DNA of 64,000 bases from an uncultured archaeon (lineage in GTDB: Archaea > Asgardarchaeota > Thorarchaeia > Thorarchaeales > Thorarchaeaceae). Of the stretch, positions 56,179 through 64,000 are shown one piece after another. Location of the stretch: NCBI GenBank assembly GCA_964631415.1, contig CAZVZC010000001.1, forward strand, positions 80,260 through 144,259, written 5' to 3'. Under the pieces are notes generated by a model. The model worked only from the letters and a program-made list of their open reading frames with translations. It did no database searches and was not told the origin of the DNA. How positions within the stretch are numbered: the first letter of the stretch is position 1; each line of letters opens with the position of its first letter. Position numbers and translations under genes: made by a program.

Positions 56179-58371
56179 TCATATGTATCCAGGAGGTCCG
56201 ACCGAAACAACCGTGGTCCTGCGCATATCTTGGTTCAGCTTCTGGAAGCGTTCAAGGTCTTCGGCTCTGACCGATGGATGAATCGACTTCAATGCGTCCT
56301 CAAAATGCCTCCAAGACACCTTCTCGGCCTGCATGTTTTCTCTGAGTGCACGCATCCCAGCCTCCCTGCAGAGGGCTTCGATGTCACCTCCGACGAAGTA
56401 CGGAGTAGCTTGGACAAGCTTTTGGACGTCGACATCTGAATCAAGGGGCATGTTGGCCATGTAGATTCGGAAGATCTCCTCACGACTCTTTTCGTCGGGT
56501 GCACCGATGTAGACGAACCTGTCGAATCGGCCCGTGCGGAGCAGAGCAGGGTCAATCAGGTCTGGCCTGTTGGTTGCGGCCAATACGAGTATGTCCTTAG
56601 TGGTTTCAAGACCGTCCATTTCAGTCAGTAGCTGGCTGATGACTCTCTCAGTCACGTGACTGTCGCCAGCGGCCATGCCTCTGGTCGGAGCAAGAGCGTC
56701 AATCTCGTCGAAGAATATAATGGCAGGAGCCGCAGTCCTAGCCTTCCGGAAGACCTCGCGGATAGCTTTCTCGCTTTCGCCAACCCACTTCGACAAGAGT
56801 TCTGGTCCCTTCACGCTGATGAAGTTCGCTTCGCTCTCGGTGGCGACAGCCCTAGCAAGAAGAGTCTTTCCACAACCTGGGGGCCCAAAGATCAGGACTC
56901 CCTTGGGTGGAGTTATACCTATCCGACGGAACGCCTCGGGTTTCTTGAGCGGCCACTCGACAACCTCAATCAGTTCCTGTTTCTCATTTGCCAGCCCGCC
57001 AATCTCTTCCCATCTGACATTCGGTATCTCCACAAAGACCTCTCTGATTGCGGATGGCTGTACCTCCCTGAGTGCCCCAAGAAAGTCCTCCGCATTCACT
57101 TCCAGTTTGTCTAGAACCTCTTGAGGGATTTCTTCCTCCTCGAGGTTGATCTGGGGCAGATACCTTCTCAGTGCCTTCATTGCAGCCTCTCTGCACAATG
57201 CTTGGAGGTCTGCACCAACGAAGCCATGAGTGACTTTGGCAAGATACTGCAGGTCGACTATGTTATCTCCCTCGGTTGTCAGCGGCATGCCTCTGGAGTG
57301 GATATGAAGAACCTCCAATCTGCCTGCTTCGTTGGGGACACCAATCTCAATCTCGCGATCAAACCGTCCGGGTCGTCTCAGAGCAGGATCGAGTGCGTTC
57401 AGCCTGTTGGTGGCTCCAATCACGACGACCTGCCCTCTTGACTTGAGGCCGTCCATCGTAGCAAGAAGCTGGGCAACCACGCGTCGCTCGACCTCTCCTT
57501 GGACATCTTCACGCTTTGGTGCTATCGCATCTAGCTCGTCAATGAATATGATACTGGGGGCATTCTCTTCAGCATCCTCGAATATCTTCCGAAGCTTCTG
57601 CTCGGACTCGCCGTAGAACTTCGACATGATCTCTGGGCCGTTGATGTGAGTGAAGTTAGCCTCCGACTCGCTTGCCACCGCCTTGGCCAAGAGAGTCTTC
57701 CCTGTGCCAGGTGGTCCATGGAGTATCAGTCCCCGCGGGGGGTCAATCCCGAGCCGCTTGAAAATCTCGGGATGACGCATCGGCAGTTCTACCATCTCAC
57801 GAATCCTCTGAATTGGCTCTGCCAGCCCTCCAATCTCCTCGTATGTGACCTGAGAGGCACCGATGGTTTCGCCAGTGGGCTTCTCTGCTATCACCAGTAT
57901 GGTCGAGTGTTGGACCACTACCGTGCCCACAGGCTTGATTGCGGTGACCTTGAATGGTATCGCTCGTCCGAGGATGGGGATGAAGACAGTGTCTTGGACT
58001 GTGACCGGGCAGTTCAGAAGCTTCCTCTTCACGAATTCCTCGAACCTCGGTTCCGGACGGATTGGTACTGAGGTCGGGGCCAGTGTGACATTCCTAGCTG
58101 GCTCTTCATTCGCCTTCGTAACAGTGACCTTCTCACTGAGGCTGACGCCAGCATTTCTTCTTATCCTGCCATCCATCCGAATGATTTCGTGGCCCTTGTC
58201 CCCTTGATAAGCAGGCCATGCTATGGCTGCAGTGGCTCTCTTTCCCTTAATTTCTATGATGTCGCCGGTCCTGACACCAAGCTTCTCCATAGACACGGTG
58301 TCGATTCTTACGATGAACCTGCCTATGTCTCTGTGTTCGGCTTCGGCCACTTTGAGTATTATTTCGACCAC
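56179..58371 (-). CDS. cdc48: Cdc48/VCP/p97 AAA+ ATPase
   Basis: N-domain '[23 protein letters not shown]'. Two AAA modules with 'GPPGTGKT'/'IIFIDELD' and 'GPPGCGKT'/'IIFFDEID'. Penultimate Tyr in '...PPGYI*'. GTG start with GGAGGA upstream. Confidence 0.95.
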   Translation of the reverse strand: MVEIILKVAEAEHRDIGRFIVRIDTVSMEKLGVRTGDIIEIKGKRATAAIAWPAYQGDKGHEIIRMDGRIRRNAGVSLSEKVTVTKANEEPARNVTLAPTSVPIRPEPRFEEFVKRKLLNCPVTVQDTVFIPILGRAIPFKVTAIKPVGTVVVQHSTILVIAEKPTGETIGASQVTYEEIGGLAEPIQRIREMVELPMRHPEIFKRLGIDPPRGLILHGPPGTGKTLLAKAVASESEANFTHINGPEIMSKFYGESEQKLRKIFEDAEENAPSIIFIDELDAIAPKREDVQGEVERRVVAQLLATMDGLKSRGQVVVIGATNRLNALDPALRRPGRFDREIEIGVPNEAGRLEVLHIHSRGMPLTTEGDNIVDLQYLAKVTHGFVGADLQALCREAAMKALRRYLPQINLEEEEIPQEVLDKLEVNAEDFLGALREVQPSAIREVFVEIPNVRWEEIGGLANEKQELIEVVEWPLKKPEAFRRIGITPPKGVLIFGPPGCGKTLLARAVATESEANFISVKGPELLSKWVGESEKAIREVFRKARTAAPAIIFFDEIDALAPTRGMAAGDSHVTERVISQLLTEMDGLETTKDILVLAATNRPDLIDPALLRTGRFDRFVYIGAPDEKSREEIFRIYMANMPLDSDVDVQKLVQATPYFVGGDIEALCREAGMRALRENMQAEKVSWRHFEDALKSIHPSVRAEDLERFQKLNQDMRRTTVVSVGPPGYI

Positions 58372-58584
58372 TGCCTAAACCCATCCTCCAGACTGGAAGT
58401 CCCATGGTTCAGAAACCGTAACGCCCCGCTTCTACGTCGTCAGACGCCCTGTTCCATGTTCTTTCGGTTTCCGCTCTTGAGCATTTCTCTACCTACAAAT
58501 GCTCACCTACATGCATGTGGCGTTCTCACTCGCCCCGACAGCAATCAGAATATAAACTCTCACTTGGAGAGCTGCTTGTTTCCA

Positions 58585-58851
58585 TCACACTCTGGAAACC
58601 ATCTCGACCTCGACCTGTGCAACCCCTTTCAGAGAGCTTATCGCCGTTTCTATGTCATCAGTTCCTCCGAGTGACTCATCTCTTACGACATTCATCCTGA
58701 GCGCCTTCAGGCCGAATGCCACTGGGATGATCTCTGTGGCTCTGATGTCAGTCCCCTTTGGAATAGCCTTCTTGATTCGCTTGAGAAGGCTGTCAAGGTT
58801 GACGTCGACATCCTCTGGCATGACTTTCAGTGTGACTATGACTCTAGCCAT
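58585..58851 (-). CDS. ef1b: Elongation factor aEF-1 beta
   Basis: 'MARVIVTLKVMPEDVDVNLDSLLKRIKKAIP...IPVAFGLKAL'. 88 aa. Confidence 0.9.
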   Translation of the reverse strand: MARVIVTLKVMPEDVDVNLDSLLKRIKKAIPKGTDIRATEIIPVAFGLKALRMNVVRDESLGGTDDIETAISSLKGVAQVEVEMVSRV

Positions 58852-58869
58852 TCTGTATAGCCCCCAAAT

Positions 58870-59037
58870 CTATGGTCCGTCAAACCCACAACTAGGGCAC
58901 TTGTACCTGTTTGAGAAACGCCTGCATGATTCGCAGCGCCAGATTGTGAATCCGCCGCAGGATGGACACTGGAACTTGACGCAGTTCTCTCTTGGCGAGA
59001 TAGAGCTGTGACACGAAGTACATCTGATTGCTTTCAT
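58870..59037 (-). CDS. Four-CxxC zinc-ribbon protein (COG2888-like partner of aEF-1beta)
   Basis: 'CTSCHS...CPSCG...CESCRR...CPSCG'. It occupies the conserved position upstream of ef1b. ATG at 59037. Confidence 0.7.
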   Translation of the reverse strand: MKAIRCTSCHSSISPRENCVKFQCPSCGGFTIWRCESCRRFSNRYKCPSCGFDGP

Positions 59038-59178
59038 GACGGCCAAGACTATCACCAAAGAATCTTAGAAGGTGCTGGTCTTGGGGGCCCATCGGGGGAC
59101 TTTTTATAAATCTACCGAACTGGAGCTGTCGTCTATTGTCCTACGACGCTGGATGTATAGTCCTGCATTGGCCAAGCC

Positions 59179-59185
59179 ATATATA
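59179..59185 (+). promoter_or_regulatory. TATA-box candidate for fen1
   Basis: ATATATA lies about 50 nt upstream of TTG 59231. Confidence 0.4.
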
Positions 59186-59230
59186 GACAGCCTGATGTAG
59201 ACATCTCAGAGCGATGCTGGGGATGGTCTG

Positions 59231-60265
59231 TTGGGAACAAAGCTCGGCGATATAGTGAAGGCAGAAACAATCTCGCTGGGTCAGCTGAAAGGGCGGGCGA
59301 TTGCCATAGATGCCTACAACACTCTCTATGCTTTCCTGTCGACCATACGCCAGCCTGACGGGACTCCATTGATGGACAAGAAAGGCCGTGTGACGAGTCA
59401 TCTCAGTGGGCTGTTCTACAGAAACCTAAACTTGCTTGAGGCCGGCGTGCGTCCTGTCTACGTCTTTGATGGCGCCCCTCCAGTGCTCAAGGCCGATGAG
59501 ATTCAGCGCCGACGAAGTCAGCGGGATGCCGCATTCAAAGCTTGGGAGATAGCCAGAGAAGAAGGCAGGATTGAAGATGCCCGACGAGCGGCTCAGGCAA
59601 GCTCACGACTCACATCAGAGATGGTTGAGGAGGGCAAGAAGGTGATTTCGGCGTTGGGGATTCCCATCGTCCAAGCGCCATCAGAGGGCGAGGCTGCTGC
59701 CGCGAAGATGGCGAGGGAAGGGCTTGTGTGGGCCAGCGCAAGTCAAGACAACGACTCGCTCCTCTATAACTGCCCTCGAATGATACGCAACCTTACGATT
59801 AGCGGCAGGCGTCGTGTGGCGCGTTCGAAGTCGTACAAGACCATTGAGCCGGAGCTGATAGATTTAGACCTGAACCTGAAGCACTTGGGTGTGACAAGGG
59901 AGCAGCTGATCGACATAGCCATCTTGGTGGGAACTGACTACAATCCCGGAGTAAAGGGTGTAGGTCAAAAGACTGCTCTGAAACTGGTTCTGAAGCACGG
60001 TTCACTGGAGGGCATAATTGCTCAGACAGATACAACCCTTGACTTCCCATTCCTAGAGATTCGCAGCATCTTCCTGAACCCACCTGCTGTAGACCTGAAG
60101 CCCTTGAAGTGGACTGTCTTGGATCCGGATCAGCTGACTCGGGTTCTGTGCGACGAGCATGACTTCAGTACGGAGAGAGTGCAGAGTTCAATCAAGAAGC
60201 TTCAGGAAAACCTAGAAGAAACTCTCGGTTCGACAGAGCAGAGTGCGTTGAGTGACTTCCTATGA
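59231..60265 (+). CDS. fen: Flap endonuclease FEN1
   Basis: '(M)GTKLGDIV', 'IAIDAYNTLYAFL', 'VYVFDG', 'APSEGEAAAA' and 'GTDYNPGVKGVGQKTALKL'. TTG start is forced by N-terminal conservation. Confidence 0.95.
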   Translation: MGTKLGDIVKAETISLGQLKGRAIAIDAYNTLYAFLSTIRQPDGTPLMDKKGRVTSHLSGLFYRNLNLLEAGVRPVYVFDGAPPVLKADEIQRRRSQRDAAFKAWEIAREEGRIEDARRAAQASSRLTSEMVEEGKKVISALGIPIVQAPSEGEAAAAKMAREGLVWASASQDNDSLLYNCPRMIRNLTISGRRRVARSKSYKTIEPELIDLDLNLKHLGVTREQLIDIAILVGTDYNPGVKGVGQKTALKLVLKHGSLEGIIAQTDTTLDFPFLEIRSIFLNPPAVDLKPLKWTVLDPDQLTRVLCDEHDFSTERVQSSIKKLQENLEETLGSTEQSALSDFL

Positions 60266-60364
60266 TTGTCTGGCCTGAAACCGAGTAGGTGTTTGCCTGA
60301 TAGTAGATTCCGAGAATGATAAATACCGACCTGTGCATCAAAAGATGCGGAAAGGGACCCACGA

Positions 60365-61054
60365 ATGCGTGACAGAATGACTGCAGTCCGTGCGTCTGTC
60401 GCTGACATAGTGAACGGTGAATACACCGAGGATGAGGGGGCTAAGGTGGTGTCTCCCTTCGGTGTTGAACTGAGGCGCGTGGTGCTGGTCGGCCTAGTGG
60501 TCAACAGGTACTCTGGACAGGGCTTTTCCAGTATCACCATAGATGATGGATCTCAGACGATTCGGGTAAAGGCCTGGCGAGAAGATGCTAGTTCCCTCGA
60601 GAAGATCAGTTCCGGTTCGCTTGTTCTTGTTGTCGGGAAGATACGGAAGTACAACGAAGAGATACACATTGCACCTGAGATCGTTCGTGAGCTGAACGAC
60701 CCAAACTCCATGACTCTTCACACACTCGAGCGTCTTAGGGGTGTCATGACTCTAAGCGGAGTGTCAACTCCAGAAAGCTCTGGTCTTGAGGACGAGGAGA
60801 TGGGCGCGGTCATCTCGGTGCAGAAGGAGTCAGGCCCTGTGGAAGATTCATCATCGGGGCTAAAGTTGAAACACATTCTGCAGTACATCCAGCAGAATGC
60901 ACGGCCTGATGGCGTGCCAATCGAAGACATTGTCACGTTCTTTGGGACAAGAGGTCATGCAAAGACTGACATTCAGCTCAAGGTCATTGACCTTCAGGGG
61001 GAAGAGAAGATCAGAGAGGTCAAGGCCGGGCGCTACGTTCTAACCGAGCCGTGA
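60365..61054 (+). CDS. RPA32/Stn1-like OB-fold protein with a C-terminal winged helix
   Basis: 'VVLVGLVVNRY...SSITIDDGSQTIRVKAW...GSLVLVVGKIRKYNEEIHIAPEIVRELNDPNSMTLHTLE' follows the RPA32 OB pattern. The C-terminal part 'LKHILQYIQQNARPDGVPIEDIV' is wH-like. Confidence 0.6.
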   Translation: MRDRMTAVRASVADIVNGEYTEDEGAKVVSPFGVELRRVVLVGLVVNRYSGQGFSSITIDDGSQTIRVKAWREDASSLEKISSGSLVLVVGKIRKYNEEIHIAPEIVRELNDPNSMTLHTLERLRGVMTLSGVSTPESSGLEDEEMGAVISVQKESGPVEDSSSGLKLKHILQYIQQNARPDGVPIEDIVTFFGTRGHAKTDIQLKVIDLQGEEKIREVKAGRYVLTEP

Positions 61055-61139
61055 CCAATGCCATAATTCCGAGTCCTTTGCCCGACAGATACACTGCCCG
61101 AGCAGAAGCTTCAATAGTGCAAGCAACTTGCCCTCAAGC

Positions 61140-61553
61140 ATGGACAACTACGAGGAGATGCTCCAGAGGGCAAGGTCTCAAGTCCCTGTTGATGCGTTCA
61201 AGAGATCCGGCGAGCGGTTTCAAGTGCCCAAGGCTCAGCTTATGGTTCAGGGCAACAGAAGCCTCTGGCAGAACTTCCACGAGATTGTCGGCGTTGTGAA
61301 TCGACCGGGAAAGGAGGTCCTCAAGTACATCTCCGGACAGCTTGCAACGGCAGGGACTTTCGAGGGCAGCAATGCCGTCTTCCAAGGCAAATTCACTTCC
61401 GATGCAGTCGATGATGTGCTGGCGCACTACATAGACTACTATGTCACGTGTCCTGTCTGCGGACGTCCTGACACAGCCGAAATCAAGGACGAGAATGCAT
61501 ACTGGCTCCAGTGTTCGGCATGTGGTGCACGGACTTCCATAAGACCCGTCTAG
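61140..61553 (+). CDS. eif2b: Translation initiation factor aIF2 beta
   Basis: 'MDNYEEMLQRA...RFQVPK' and Zn-ribbon 'CPVCGRPDT...CSACG'. Confidence 0.9.
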   Translation: MDNYEEMLQRARSQVPVDAFKRSGERFQVPKAQLMVQGNRSLWQNFHEIVGVVNRPGKEVLKYISGQLATAGTFEGSNAVFQGKFTSDAVDDVLAHYIDYYVTCPVCGRPDTAEIKDENAYWLQCSACGARTSIRPV

Positions 61554-61824
61554 ATCCCGTGTGGCACGGGCTGCTTGTTGCTCTGCAGACTCAGATGGTT
61601 TCTCGAAGCTGCGATGCAACGTGCGTCGTTGCTGAGTACGTCATTGCCGGTGCAATCCTTATGGCCACATAATCCTTTATAGCCCACAAGGGTACTGAGG
61701 GCTACTGGTGCTCTCAGAATCACAGTCATCAAAGAAACTCGAGGTCCACTTGCGAATTCCACAGCGGCAGTGTGAGTCGTTTCAGAGGTCTAAGCCTGGA
61801 GGTAATTGGTTGGTCGCCGTATAC

Positions 61825-62109
61825 ATGCGGGTGCGGAAAACACTCGAACACTACCTCGTGGCCATATGTGATGAGGCTCTGCTTGGTCAGACTCTAGTCC
61901 AAGGCAAGATTCGATTCAAGGTGAGCAAGGAGTTCTATGGGGGCGAACTCGTCGACATGGAGAAGTGTCTTGAACACCTAAAGAGAGCGACGATAGTGAA
62001 CATGATCGGAAACAACACAGTGAAGGCCGCAATCGAAGCCGGAATTGTCCACAAGGGGGCCGTGCTGTACATCGACGGCCATCCTCATGCACAGTGGGTC
62101 AGACTCTGA
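61825..62109 (+). CDS. DUF424-family protein
   Basis: 'YLVAICDEALLGQTL...FKVSKEFYGGELVD...IVNMIGNNTV'. The start is uncertain; the tracked ORF begins at 61708. Confidence 0.6.
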   Translation: MRVRKTLEHYLVAICDEALLGQTLVQGKIRFKVSKEFYGGELVDMEKCLEHLKRATIVNMIGNNTVKAAIEAGIVHKGAVLYIDGHPHAQWVRL

Positions 62110-62243
62110 TAGGCTGGTTCTTCTAGGCTGAGCCGGTCCGTGCGAACGACGGATGCCTTTCTCTCTGCTGACTCGAACTCGGACGGGCCGCATAATACGT
62201 CCACGTTTTAAGCAGAGTACATGATGGAGCACTGGCGATCGCC

Positions 62244-63350
62244 TTGAAGGCACCATGTTATCTCTGTGGCAAGGATGCCGTGTTAGATGGTCTGTGCGCC
62301 GAATGCTACGACAAAGAGCATCCTCTGATACGAGTTACTTCCCCATTGGAGATAGTTGCCTGTAAGCGATGCGGTTCCGTCAAGATACCCGGTGGCTGGA
62401 GGACAGTACCACTCTCGTCCTCGGAGTCAGACGAGCTAGTACGCAGACAGATAGATATTCTACTCTCGCGAGAGATTGAACGTTTCACGAATGACGTCGA
62501 AATCACTTATGATATCGAGAACCGGCTCGACAGGGTCGTGTACATCAGGGTCAAAGCCGCCGGTAGGTCTCATGCATCCCTAGAACCTCATACTGAAGAG
62601 TATCCTGTCGAGGTACGTCAGAGCTACCTGACATGTGACACCTGCGGCTTGATGAGTGGCGGCTATCACGAGGCCATTCTTCAGATCAGGGCGGACGGCC
62701 GCGATGTGACCGACATAGAGGAAGAGGAGATTCTTTCCATCGTCACCCAGATTGCTGAGAAGGAGTATGGAAAGGACGCCAAGGCCTTCGCAGCTGAAAC
62801 CAAGAGGACGAGGCTTGGTTTTGACTTCAAGATGGGCTCTGATCATATGTGCCGGCTCGTAGCAGACGAATTGCAGTCTAGATACCTTGCTGATAGGAAA
62901 GAGAACTACAAGCTGATCGGGCAAGAACATGGAGGGAAAGGAAAGTATCGCGTGACAATACTGCTAAGACTGCCGCGATGGGTCGTAGGTGATTTCGTGA
63001 GGGTTGCAGGCAGACCTTGCCAAGTGACATCAATCAACCGGAACGGTGCGACCTGTCAAGACCTGGCTGATGGTCAGAGATCCACAATAAACCCCAAGAG
63101 TTCGAAGTGGCGCACACTGGAATTCTTGGCACCCCAGTCTGTTAAACGCGAGTACATGGTTCTATCTCGAGCGTACGGGCAGTCTGTTCAGCTTATGGAT
63201 GCAAAGACATTCGCAATGGTAGAAGTTGAGGAAACCCCGCTGAGTTCGGAGTGGCGCTCAGGAATCAAGGTGTTTCTGGCTGAGATAGATGGTGCCCTCT
63301 ACCCCCTGCCCGAGTCGGCTGCCCTTGAATCCGACACCGGGGAGGAATGA
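62244..63350 (+). CDS. NMD3-family (60S export/maturation adaptor homologue) protein
   Basis: Cys clusters 'CYLCGK...CAECY' and 'CKRCGSVKIPGGW'. Also 'CDTCG'. TTG start. Confidence 0.85.
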   Translation: MKAPCYLCGKDAVLDGLCAECYDKEHPLIRVTSPLEIVACKRCGSVKIPGGWRTVPLSSSESDELVRRQIDILLSREIERFTNDVEITYDIENRLDRVVYIRVKAAGRSHASLEPHTEEYPVEVRQSYLTCDTCGLMSGGYHEAILQIRADGRDVTDIEEEEILSIVTQIAEKEYGKDAKAFAAETKRTRLGFDFKMGSDHMCRLVADELQSRYLADRKENYKLIGQEHGGKGKYRVTILLRLPRWVVGDFVRVAGRPCQVTSINRNGATCQDLADGQRSTINPKSSKWRTLEFLAPQSVKREYMVLSRAYGQSVQLMDAKTFAMVEVEETPLSSEWRSGIKVFLAEIDGALYPLPESAALESDTGEE

Positions 63351-63517
63351 TGGCTGTTCCCGTCGTACGAAATGTCTTAGCACGGATGTGACAGAAACCA
63401 CTCGACCAATCTCTGTGCGAGGCCTGAGCTGCCAAAGATGAATTGAATGGATTTGTGTCGCTACGCTTAAATGCCAACGGACCCACCCGATGAGAAAGGC
63501 CCCCGATACCCCACCGT

Positions 63518-63874
63518 ATGGCCGCTCAATGGATGATCACATTGTCTGACGACAAAGGCGTAGCTCATGACTCTGACTCCTCGTCTGAGGAACTGATAAG
63601 GGTGAGAGTACCCAAGCGGAACGAGGGAGAGATGTTTGGAGTAATAGTGCAGATGCTTGGCTTCGACAGGGTCAGAGTCAGGTGTGAAGACGGAGAAGTT
63701 CGCGTTGGCCGGATTCCGGGTCGTATGAAGAAGCGTGTCTGGATGCGAGTTGGGGACACGGTGTTGGTCGTGCCGTGGGACTTCCAGTCAGATCAGAAGT
63801 GTGACGTGATCTGGCGATACCGTGATAATGAGCTTGACTGGCTGAAGAAGAAAGGCATTCTCAAGATGTTCTGA
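63518..63874 (+). CDS. eif1a: Translation initiation factor aIF-1A
   Basis: 'IRVRVPKRNEGEMFGVIVQMLGFDRVRVRCEDGEVRVGRIPGRMKKRVWMRVGDTVLVVPWDFQ' is an S1-like OB domain. Confidence 0.9.
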   Translation: MAAQWMITLSDDKGVAHDSDSSSEELIRVRVPKRNEGEMFGVIVQMLGFDRVRVRCEDGEVRVGRIPGRMKKRVWMRVGDTVLVVPWDFQSDQKCDVIWRYRDNELDWLKKKGILKMF

Positions 63875-64000
63875 AGTCGTAACTTCTCATTCATCCGAAC
63901 CTTACGTGACATTGTGCAGGGCCCGGATTGCGAGGACTGAGCCGCGAGTTGAAACGTGTCGATACCAAATACAGGGAGATAGAGTCAGACATTGAGCGCC

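Noticed and set aside
56656-57124. Two roughly 150-aa ORFs antisense to cdc48, plus similar ORFs antisense to smc (for example 15675-16118)
   Set aside because: These are shadow frames of long, strongly supported genes, with no independent signals.
63928-64000. Open frame at the window end (TTG 63928 or 63949, '...LKRVDTKYREIESDIER'), possibly the start of the Rio-kinase-type gene that often follows aIF1A
   Set aside because: Fewer than 25 codons are visible, so no motif can be verified.
1-64000. Search for CRISPR arrays, IS elements or transposases, integrases, rRNA and tRNA genes
   Set aside because: None was recognised by eye: no regularly spaced repeats, no DDE or tyrosine-recombinase-like ORFs, and no cloverleaf or rRNA-like segments. 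A computational scan (tRNAscan-SE, Infernal, minced) is still advisable.

Overview
This is a gene-dense chromosomal segment of an archaeon with about 65 supportable CDSs on both strands. I assigned products by reading the supplied translations for family motifs; no searches were run. Adjacent genes often share 4-nt start/stop overlaps, and several convergent pairs overlap at their 3' ends. By eye I found no rRNA, tRNA, CRISPR array, transposase or integrase. Information-processing genes include SMC-ScpA-ScpB, Hef, FEN1, an RPA32-like OB/wH protein, family-4 UDG, SRP54, aIF1A, aIF2-beta, aEF1-beta, NMD3, DRG, deoxyhypusine synthase, TrmY, a TrmJ-like methylase, r-proteins S8e/L35Ae/L10e and Cdc48. 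Energy and carbon genes include A-type ATPase F/A/B, two-subunit class I fumarase, a thiol:fumarate-reductase-like TfrAB, ADP-forming acetyl-CoA synthetase, a DERA-AOR pair and HypA/HypE. The standout locus is at 17.9-22.4 kb. It holds a protein with the Sec23/24 zinc-finger, trunk and beta-barrel layout, embedded among four Roadblock/LC7 paralogues and an MglA-type small GTPase. Together with the eukaryote-like complement, this suggests an Asgard (Thorarchaeota-like) origin, which is inference only. Other items worth follow-up are a PUA/PP-loop/ferredoxin fusion, DERA with a Cys4 tail coupled to AOR, a fragmented ATPase operon with a UDG insertion, a membrane-tethered wHTH protein next to a predicted surface glycoprotein, and frequent TTG starts.
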